From NCBI GenBank assembly GCA_965649825.1, contig OZ287701.1, forward strand, positions 1,291,101 to 1,355,100: 64,000 bases of DNA. Reading direction: 5' to 3'. This DNA is from Penicillus capitatus. Its lineage: Eukaryota; Plantae; Chlorophyta. The notes under the pieces were generated by a model that was not told the DNA's origin, ran no database searches, and worked only from the letters and a program-made list of their open reading frames with translations. The translations under genes and the position numbers were made by a program. Below are positions 36,401 to 45,700 of the stretch, in pieces; within the stretch, counting starts at the first letter, position 1; each line of letters opens with the position of its first letter.

Positions 36401-39295
36401 ACTCGAGCGACTAGGTCTTCGAAGTCAGAAGTGTGCTTGCTTTCGGGGAAGCACATCTGCGATACCGCTTCTTCGAGTCTTGTCCACTCCTGTCCGTTGT
36501 GCTCTGCACTGTTGAGATGACTCGCCGGCACAGCGTAAACGGCGTTGAAATCCTGTGCCATTGCTCCCAATGCCCATCTGTGTGCGATGACTCTTGCGAC
36601 GCACGTCTTTCCGCAGCCGGGGTTTCCGCAGAGAAGCACTCTCTGGACTTCGCTTTCCGGGTCTCCGGGTTTGAGAGCTCTTCGTTTGAACAGGTCGTCC
36701 AGAACAACAGGGTTCTTGACTCTTGTCTTCTCCTCGCAGTGTTCCTTCGCTTGTTTCCCTCCGCGGTTTGAGGACTCTCCCTTCCTTTCTTCCACTCCTT
36801 GGACAGCTCCTTCTGATCCATCTCTCGGTTCGGTCCCCCGCACTTCTACGATTTTGCCAGAGATGACGACGTGGTGCTTCATGTCCTTGACATGTTTGAG
36901 AGATCCTTCTTCGGTCAAAGAAGTCACCTGCAGGAACAAGACGCTCTTATCGACTTGAGTGTGCTTCTCGTTGTGATACCGTCGCAAAGTCATCATGCAA
37001 GTATCTCTGCCTCAACTCTTCTTCGTGTGCATTCATGACAGCAAGTGGAATGTGCCCCACGTCTCTGCCAATCTTAACCAACAGTTTTTCGTGTTCCGGC
37101 ACGATCCCCTGCAAACTTCCAGCTCGAAGCTTGTCTTCTAGGCTGTTTCCGTCCAACCATCCCATGAGCGCGTCTCTGGAAGATCCCTCGCAAGCATGAT
37201 GTAAGGCTTCGAGTGCTTCCTTGGTCGTTTCGTTGCCTTGTCCAGTCACATGCACCTCGTATATGACATCCAAGAGTGCGATCGAGATGTCGTCATCGTC
37301 GATCCATCCTTCGCCTGCGGCTTGCTGCGTTGCCAGATCCGACAACATGATCGTTGCTTCTCTGCGAGTGCTCTCCGACGATCCTTCGATTGCGAGCATG
37401 CCCAACTCGTCAATGATTCCAAATCTCAGCGCCTTCAACTCTTCGCCGTTTTCTATCTTTCGTTGATTCTCTATTGCGCTACTGTACGCAGACTCGAAGG
37501 CAGCAAGGTTAATTTCGTCCTTCGTAGCTTTCAGCCTTGCTGCCATCAGATCCCACAGCGAGTCGAACCAATGTCTCTTCGACATTTTCGACATTTCGAC
37601 AACGGAGACCTGATTTCTTTCGCTTGAATCCTCAAGGGCCGTCGGATCGATGTCGCCCCTTTCCCGATTTCTAAGAGGATGAAAAACACGCACGAGTCCA
37701 CGAACGACATATTGTTTTGTTTGTGAAACTATTCGTGGAGTAGTGTCGCCTTTAAGGCGTTTGACTGCTTGACGAAGAACTCGGAAATGCATGTCCACAG
37801 AGTAGAACTCGCAGGAGAGTTTCATGGTTCTCTCTTGCTCTGCAATGGTTCTACTCAACGCTCGCTTCTCTTCTTTGCGGATCTCGTTTTGATTGACGGT
37901 GTTAAGTAGGAAAAACGTTTGTTGAAGTGTGAGAAAGGTCCACTTGTGCTCCGAGAAGTTCTCTCTGTTAAGGTTCGGTGTCGCAGAAAGACTTCCCAAA
38001 AGCTTCTTTGCTACGACTATCAGCTGCTCAGCGCCACCGTACACAGATGGATCGACGTGCACAAGTGCCCTGTGGAGGGCGGCGGCGAAGTTCGGTTTCA
38101 GAAATTCTCCTTCGGATATGGAGGAACAAAGGTCGTGAATTAGATTTTGTATAATGGCTTTCTCGTTTGCGGAGCGTGTGGCGATGTCGGCCAGTTCTGC
38201 GTACTCGAGGACAGCCTTCGGCGCGAGACAATCTTCCTTTCGTTCGTGATACTTGCACAGCCATCCGAGGAGGACTGTGCGTTCGTCTTCGTCCGTGGCC
38301 GCGTTGTACGCGGCAACCAACGACTTGGTGCTGTCGATGTTGCACCTCCTCACGACAGCACGCAGAAGGATTCGATTGTAACGTTCTTCAGTCTGGACAT
38401 TTTGGGATGTGAGCTGACCGTCAGTTTCCGACGCGGATGGCCGAGCGCCACTGGGTCCTTCGTCAGGAGCACGAGCTTGCATGTTTTCGCTTGTGGTCTG
38501 CAGGACAAAACGTCTTCGCCCGTCGTTCGGCGAAGCGGACAAGTGCACTTACCGTCGCAAAAAGTTCGCAGAAAAGTTCGCAGTGTCAGAAAGATGCCGT
38601 CGGCGTTGTCGTTAACGTTAAATGCGATTGAGTCGATTGATTCGACTGACGCATCCTGCAGAAGAGCAGATCCGAGTCATAGATGCAGACATCGAGGGAG
38701 ACACAGACATCTCAGCACACGAGCGAGATTCAAGCTTAGTAATCTGGAATTGAGTTAGCACAGCAAAACAACAACAGGCAGCATGTCATCCAATGGCGCC
38801 ACTCCGTCCGAATCGCGATCCAAACTCTGGAAGAACGTCTTACCTGCATCGCATGCAATGCCGTGTCCGTAGCCGAGCGTCTCTTCTGCTTTGTTTCTCC
38901 GCGTACTTGAAGAAGTCGTGGACAGTCATGAGTCGTTTCTTGTCTGGATGGCCAGGGGATGAGATGTCGACCCAGAAAGGAAGCTGGATGCGACTGAGGG
39001 ACTCCTTCGAATCTCCCAGATCGAAATCTCCGACGCTCAGACTCGAGAAATGCACATCTCTGACGCGGAAGTGTCGTTTCTGACACTTTCTGCTTAAGGG
39101 ACGTTCGTTCAGGAGAAGGCGAAACAACGGGGGACGGTGTTTCAGGATCCGCTCGGTGCAGAAGTTCCCGATTTGGCGAACACCGCGGAAGCCGTCGTGC
39201 AGAAGCTGTTGGAGTGGAGGCGGAGACTGTTGGAGGAGAGCTGCGAAGGTTGGTTGGTTCGAAGGGACGTCCTCCGGTCGGTGACTGCGCGGCAT
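30433..39295 (-). CDS. NLR-like STAND protein copy A: N-terminal helical domain-NACHT-about 40 HEAT repeats
   Basis: Exons 39295-38844, 38743-38719, 38655-38553, 38497-36980, 36927-30433. Walker A GNPGCGKT, Walker B LLMVDGLEE, winged-helix FPHLSFQQYF. Open frame from ATG 38482 is about 2665 aa; a +1 indel near 38585 breaks the link to the upstream exons. Confidence 0.9.
30720..35100 (-). repeat. Tandem array of 117-bp (39-aa) HEAT repeats; about 33 near-identical and about 7 diverged C-terminal units
   Basis: Consensus HAGEALPTLSKGCGDxxxxVRQAAMTAIGNVVAAAPQ counted in the 2187-aa translation; high DNA identity between units. Confidence 0.95.
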
Positions 39296-39383
39296 TGCCA
39301 GGACGCTGCCGAACTCTCCGCGATGTGAGGTGACGTGACGTTTCGACGACGATCGATCGATCTTTTGCATGGAGCGCTACCGT

Positions 39384-39690
39384 TGTCGCGTAGGGTTTTA
39401 GATGGAAACAATTTGAACGGTGGGCGCACGTAAACCTTTTGAAACGTAAAGTCTTACAAACGAAAGACAAGATCTGTACATTCACAATGCTTTTATATGG
39501 TACTTTATTTTAAGTAACAAAGAAGGAATATTCTGCGAAGATTCCGGAATCTACTTGGAATCTGTGACGTAGAGCCGCGGGTCTATTTGTGGATGGGAAG
39601 GTGTAGCGAACCTACGACCTGTCGCTTGGAGATCGACACAAGTGTAAGTAGATGAGCTCATTGTTAGGGGCGTGTTGGCTTAACACAACA
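39384..39690 (-). repeat. 3' LTR (307 bp)
   Basis: Identical by eye to 45890..46196; TATAAAA at 39497-39491 on the minus strand. Confidence 0.97.
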
Positions 39691-39712
39691 TGGGCCCACC
39701 TATCTTCTGTCT
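39691..39712 (-). promoter_or_regulatory. Polypurine-tract-like segment
   Basis: AGACAGAAGATAGGTGGGCCCA abutting the 3' LTR. Confidence 0.55.
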
Positions 39713-42702
39713 AATCTCCGAAGGAAGTCACGATGGACATTGTGCAGTGTCGAACCATTGGGCATACGGATATCCCAACGGTGGTCACTATGTTTCTTCA
39801 CCACCACACAAGGATAGACCCATTTGGAGTAGAGTTTGGAGTCGAGGCGGTCGGCCAGCTGCGTGTTGTACCATGAAACCTTTGCTCCTTCTTCAATGGG
39901 ACGGATCTTGACTGTCTTGTGGTGCCTTGCATTGGTTGTTTGGTGTGACTTAATTATTCGTTGATAAGCTAGTCCTCGGTCGGTGTCTAGTTGTTGTGGA
40001 CTAGTTATCGTGCCATCCCGTTGTGTGCCAGTTAGAAGGTATTGTGGACAGAACAGAGTCGTACTATGGATCGTTCGGTTGATCTCTTGTACGCTCGTGC
40101 TCACATGTGTCGTCCAATCACCTCTCCTTTCCGCCCATATCCGCCTAAGTCGGTTTACGAGGTTTCGGTTGAACGCTTCGACAGTGCCCGCACTTTTGTG
40201 GGAATAGGCTGGGGTATGTAAAATATCTATTCCGTGCTGTGTGCAAGTACTTTCGAAGCTCCTAGCAATGAAGGCGCTTCCGTTGTCGCAGAGGATTCTT
40301 TGCGGAGCCCCAAACTTTCGTGCCCATTCGAGTACCAGCTTGATAGCCTGTGCTGCTGAGCAGGTCTTGCATGGGCGCCCCACGCCGAACTTAGTGAAAG
40401 CATCGATTCCGGTAGCGATATACCGAAATCCGTGGCTGCCACGGTTCAGCGGTCCAATGAAGTCTAGACACAGTGTGTGGTTCGGTGATGGACTGTCAAT
40501 CATACCCAAGTCTACCTCCGACCGTGGGTTGCGAAACATTTGGCACGTTTCGCAGTTATTGACGTAATCTCGCACGTCGTTGAAGTCGTTCGTCCATCGG
40601 GTTCCGTCGGACCGCAGGTTAAGGAATGTTTTCCTTACCCCGAAGTGGCCTGCATGAGCCTTCTTGATGAGCTCGGTCCGTTCTTCCGGAGTGTAGGATA
40701 CGGAGTTCACTTGATATCCCTGTTGTTTCTTCTTGGTGTGAAATGCGACAGGTGCGTTGTCCCTCCATCGGCTGAGAAGATCCGCTATCACGTTGTCCTT
40801 CCCCTCTACAAAACAGAAGTGGAGACGATCATGGGAAAAGTGGTGCCGGAGCCAGCAATGCTGTCTCTGGATCCGGAGGTCCTTGAACTTATGTAGAAAT
40901 GTTGGCTCCTTGAGCCAATTGACCGTCGCCATGTTGTCGGAGTAAACGAATACCTCCGTCTGCTTGATCACAAAGTAACATTCCTTCAAGGCCCGTACTA
41001 TCCCCATCAGTTCTCCCAGAAAACTTCCGACCCTCTGTTTCGTCGTGAAGGAGCCAAAGAGAACAGGTTGCAAGGTCGAGTTTAACAGGACATAGCCGAA
41101 CTGGTTCAATGGGTTACCACACCAATCCGTATACAGATGGAAAGATCCCCGTGTTTCCAACGTCAGTCGGTATGTATTGAGGCATAGAGTCTGAACTGCG
41201 TCCTTGTATATCTCGTCAGCCTTGGTGTAGTCATTGTGTTCGCGTTTCAGGAATGGCTTGAGTTGTGTGACGATCGAGTCGTATTTGTAACAGTACTGTG
41301 CCAGTTGCTGGCACAGACCCATGGCCTTTTGTACGTCGTGACGTGATGTGATAGTTGGCAGCTTCTGGAGTATAGCCTGAGCCCTGTGGTAGGGGTTCAA
41401 CGTCCCGCCACTGAGTTCAGTACCCAGAAAGCTTACCGATGTCTCAAACCAGTCACATTTTTGATAGTTGATCGTCAGGCCATATTCGTCAAAACGTTCA
41501 AATAAAAGCTTGGTCTTGAGGAGGAGTTCCTCCTCGGTTTCGCCGCCGATCAATATGTCGTCAAAGTATCGGACCACATCCATGCCCTGTAGGATGTGGG
41601 TCATGCGGTTATTAAAAAGCTCCGGACTGACGTTGACGCCTTGCGGCAGTCTCCGAAAGCCGTACGTGACGCCGTTCCAATGGAGTGCAAAGAAAAGCGA
41701 AATACTGTCATCGATGGGGATGGAGCCGTAGCCGTGAACAATGTCCACGATGGTGTATACGGTCCACTTGGGATCCACCTTTTGAATGATGTTGGCCACT
41801 GGGATGATGGTCCCCCCCTGAGTTCCCTTCAGGTAAGTATTGATATCGCGGAAGTCAATGGTGGGCCGAATCTTGCCATTTGGTTTACGTATGAAGTTTA
41901 AAGGTGCTACGACTGCTCGTATTGCCTCAGCAATAGACAATGGTCGTATAACACCCTCCTTATGCAGCGAGTCGATCTCTTTTGAGATCTCCTCGTTGGT
42001 AAGGTCTGATACGTAGTTCTCCCGCCAACATGGCTTAGGCTCGCCCTGCCAACAAAGGTCTGCGTCCCGTATCCTGATGTTCCACAGCTTATTGGTTGTG
42101 GGACGAATGGTATCCGAAAAAACTAATGGAAAGTCATGTCTTAGTTGCGATATTGTCTCGTTCCTTTCTTCTGGTGTCGTGATATTCATGATATTGACAC
42201 GTTTGGTCTTCTCTCTCAACGGGTACTCGATACCATCAACATCGATAATGGAGTCCACGTTGCCCTTGGCACAACAGAGTCGCATCTTGCTGGTGATATG
42301 CTGTGGGACATCGGACTGGTTAAAGATTACCACGCTGATCTGACCATTCGTGTGTATCTTGACCTTGCAGAAGATGTTCTTGTTATGGGTGCAGTCAAAA
42401 AATGCCGCCCATTCTGTTGTTTCGGCAAACTTGAAGGGCAAAATGATGCGGCGACTCCGAAAAGGTCCTAACACAAAACTTCTTCCAGCTACGAAGACGA
42501 CCCAGCCGTTTTGTTTGAACGGGAATAACTCCCGGTCGATCGATTCTGTGACTTGAAGTGAAGAAAATGCCGGTCTCTTTTCTTGTGTCTCTTGCGGTGA
42601 ATCTTCATTCCAATGAGATTTTACCAGTACCAAACGTTTTTCTTGTGGTGCACGCGGTTTGCCTTGTGCCTGCTGAAAAACAGGCCGGTGCCTCAGTTTT
42701 TT
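39700..42702 (-). CDS. LTR element pol: dUTPase-fold-like segment, reverse transcriptase, RNase H, integrase
   Basis: IDFRDIN, RLPQG, YFDD; RNase H TD..E..SDN..ADLLSR; integrase H-x3-H..C-x2-C, LDFIG, DNGSAF, VEAFN. Confidence 0.96.
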   Translation of the reverse strand, partial: KKLRHRPVFQQAQGKPRAPQEKRLVLVKSHWNEDSPQETQEKRPAFSSLQVTESIDRELFPFKQNGWVVFVAGRSFVLGPFRSRRIILPFKFAETTEWAAFFDCTHNKNIFCKVKIHTNGQISVVIFNQSDVPQHITSKMRLCCAKGNVDSIIDVDGIEYPLREKTKRVNIMNITTPEERNETISQLRHDFPLVFSDTIRPTTNKLWNIRIRDADLCWQGEPKPCWRENYVSDLTNEEISKEIDSLHKEGVIRPLSIAEAIRAVVAPLNFIRKPNGKIRPTIDFRDINTYLKGTQGGTIIPVANIIQKVDPKWTVYTIVDIVHGYGSIPIDDSISLFFALHWNGVTYGFRRLPQGVNVSPELFNNRMTHILQGMDVVRYFDDILIGGETEEELLLKTKLLFERFDEYGLTINYQKCDWFETSVSFLGTELSGGTLNPYHRAQAILQKLPTITSRHDVQKAMGLCQQLAQYCYKYDSIVTQLKPFLKREHNDYTKADEIYKDAVQTLCLNTYRLTLETRGSFHLYTDWCGNPLNQFGYVLLNSTLQPVLFGSFTTKQRVGSFLGELMGIVRALKECYFVIKQTEVFVYSDNMATVNWLKEPTFLHKFKDLRIQRQHCWLRHHFSHDRLHFCFVEGKDNVIADLLSRWRDNAPVAFHTKKKQQGYQVNSVSYTPEERTELIKKAHAGHFGVRKTFLNLRSDGTRWTNDFNDVRDYVNNCETCQMFRNPRSEVDLGMIDSPSPNHTLCLDFIGPLNRGSHGFRYIATGIDAFTKFGVGRPCKTCSAAQAIKLVLEWARKFGAPQRILCDNGSAFIARSFESTCTQHGIDILHTPAYSHKSAGTVEAFNRNLVNRLRRIWAERRGDWTTHVSTSVQEINRTIHSTTLFCPQYLLTGTQRDGTITSPQQLDTDRGLAYQRIIKSHQTTNARHHKTVKIRPIEEGAKVSWYNTQLADRLDSKLYSKWVYPCVVVKKHSDHRWDIRMPNGSTLHNVHRDFLRRLDRR

Positions 42703-45700
42703 GATACGGAGACGTTGTGGATGAGAATTTTATTGCCTTCGCCGTCGTACACGCAGTCCTCGTCACAATTGAGTTGTAACTTGAATGCTTGAAGGGTTCG
42801 CAGTCCTAGTATCGGACGTTGGACGCCTTCACAGACGACGAAGGGTATCTCTGCGCCTTTGTTCCCGAGGGTGCATACCAAAGAGATTTCGCCACATGTG
42901 TTGGTTGTTTGGTTGTTGAAACTGGTTACGGTCCGAATCTTTGTGGACTTGAGCACGAGATTGTGTTTTCTTGCCAGCTTCGCCGGGAGAATATTCGTTT
43001 GCGCACCAGAATCCAAAAGGCAGGAGATTTTTCCTGTAATTTTCTCCATACTGAGCGGAACGTTGTATTGGGACATCCTCCGAGAACTCTGGTTATGATC
43101 CGGAATTGCTTGTGCAACGGTTCCCGATCTCTGAGTTCCGAAGGCCTCTGCAGTCATGGGACAGCCTTTCATGGGGTGGCCCTGCTCGCATGTATGCCCA
43201 TACTCAGGTCGTACGTTATGTCTCTGACCTAACGACACGACATTCTGCACAGTACGTTCTGCCTGTAAACATTCGTCTATGATCCTCTGGACACGTGTCC
43301 AATTATCTGCATCTCCCCATGGTAATCCACGCAATCTTGACTGAATTTCCGTGTTCGCAATATTAAAGATTCTCTCAGTCGCAATAGCGTACTTAATCGG
43401 GTCGTCTATCCGATCAAGTAATTTCGTCATTCTACGTGTGAATTGAGAGAGATCTTCTTTGCGGTTTGGCAGCATTTTGTGGACATTTTTTATCGTAGGT
43501 CCCTTGCCAATGGGTGGTTTGGCGGGGGCCTGGTCCACTGGTGTACTCGGAATCGTAGGACCTTCATTGCGACGCCTGTTTGTGCTCTTGAGCGCCTGCG
43601 CATGTTGTTTTGGCTCGGTGGCTTCTCGGCTTTCGGGCGATGTGTCATGGGGATGCTGCTCACGTGCTCGATCTTCGATTGCTTCCACTCGCTGTCCAAT
43701 CGTAAGAATGCTGGCTTCCATAATCTCCTCCAATCTCCCTTGTCTGCTGACGAGTCTTTCCTCGAGTTCTTCAGCGCGTCGCATGAATCCTTCCTGAAAT
43801 GATTGGAAACCTTCCATCAAGGATTGGAACAAGTGTCCCGACTGAGGCCCCTGACGGGTCTCTGGTAATGGGTCTGGGCGGATTTCGTTTCCTTGTCTGG
43901 CACGTCCGGGTTCCTCGGGTACAGATGCATCAATTTGTCGCACTTGATTTTGGATCTGCTGATCCGGCTGCTCTGGTGGTGCTTGCTGATCCGGCTGCTC
44001 TGGTGGTGCGTGCTGATCCGGCTGCTCTGGTGGTGCGTGCTGATCCGGCTGCTCTGGTGGTGCGTGCTGATCCGGCTGCTCTGGTGGTACAGTCTGAGAG
44101 AGAAAGAGCTGTTGCGATCGCCTCCAATCTCGTCGACAGATGTACCAAAATAGTTTGCACACCCACCAGATCCCTTGGATCACGGCCCAAATATGCATGA
44201 TCGCCTTGCGGATGTTCCTCAGTACACTCAAGGTCCATGCCACGACTTTGTAAAAAAGCATAGCCGTCCCTAATAATTGCCAGCCATTACCAGTGACCAG
44301 AGCATTACGGATTGCCCGGGGACCTAATCTATTCCAGATTGTGCCCCACATCCATGTGACAAAGTTGTCTCGGGCACTGGTCAACCATTTTAAAGAGCGA
44401 TCGAGGAGTGTCTCATTCCCGTGATTGTACCCCCAACCGTTTATTTGGTTCTCGCAGATGCAATCGTCTAGGGCCGTCCTCATACTCTCGGTATGTTCAC
44501 TTATCCTGTCGATTGTCCTGCGAATATTGCTTAGGGTTTCGTTGAGGTGTTGCCATTCGTCAGAACCTCTCTGTTCTCGTGCATCTTGTGGCCCTTGAGG
44601 TCCTTGGCCTTGGTTGTCCGTCGACGAACCGTTTAAAGTGATGTTCTTAAACTGGTTGAGATCGTGTAAGGACTCAGAGACGAGTTGTAAGTCTCCCTGT
44701 AGTGTAGACTTCTGAAGGTTGTTGATGACCGAGACGGTGATAGTCGTCAACAAGCTTGCCGGGGAGAACGTGGAACGTACATCTCTGTTTGTCATCCAGT
44801 TGACGACCCCGTGTGTGGTGAGACCTACAACAGCACTTGTGATCATCTCGTTCAGGTAGCCTGGCCACGGGAGGTCGATCTCTATTCCCCAATCGGGAAA
44901 CACGGTCCAAGAGTGTCCACCTTCAGGCGGCAGAGCGTCCCCCATCTCATGCATGTTGAATACATTTTCAGGAGGGAGTTCTTGTTCAGTTTCTTGGTCT
45001 TCGGACTGTTCGGACCGTGCACCTTCTCCGGGTTCTGACTGTGGAGCCTCCTCGTCGAACAGATCTTCAGACACCTCCACTGGGATCTCGTACTCGTCAT
45101 ATTCGAGCTTGTAAGTTTCTGCGTCGGGATCTGTTTCCAGTGGCAAGTCCGTATCATGTCCGTCTTTAGACTCCGCGACCGGAATGGCGAACTCAAAACG
45201 CCTGCGGAGGGCTCTCGCCGAACCTGCTATGGTACGTCTGTCTTCTTCGGCATGTGTGTCTTCGCACACGAGGTCGTGTACCTTCTGTCTAGACGCGTCC
45301 AGCAGTGTCTTTTGTTCCCACGTCTGTGAATGAGTGCCAGGGATCAGTAGAAAGAAGGACATTCCTGTAGCTAGCAACGGTTTTCCTCCCCAATAGACCA
45401 GGGAACCTTCGCCGAGAAGCATGATCAGCATATTGGCTTCCTCGTACGTAATGCCTTCGCTTGCGTCATAGAAGATGATGCCGTTAGGGCACTCTTTGAC
45501 GAAGACCGCGATCTCCCTTTGAAGTATTCTAGCCTCATCCACAGATTTGGATTGCGGTTTAATATACTTGAAACAACTGCTCTTTTGTAGACTAGGCTCA
45601 TTCTTGATTCCGTTAACCAGCGAGTCGCATGTACTTGTCGTACAGTAGAGAATGGTAGACGTCGCTTTATCGTAAAAATTGTTGTCTACCTTGTCGTTTA

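Noticed and set aside
38736-39485. 249-aa ORF running from the LTR into the NLR 5' region
   Set aside because: Fortuitous junction ORF; A/B substitutions are synonymous-biased in a different frame.
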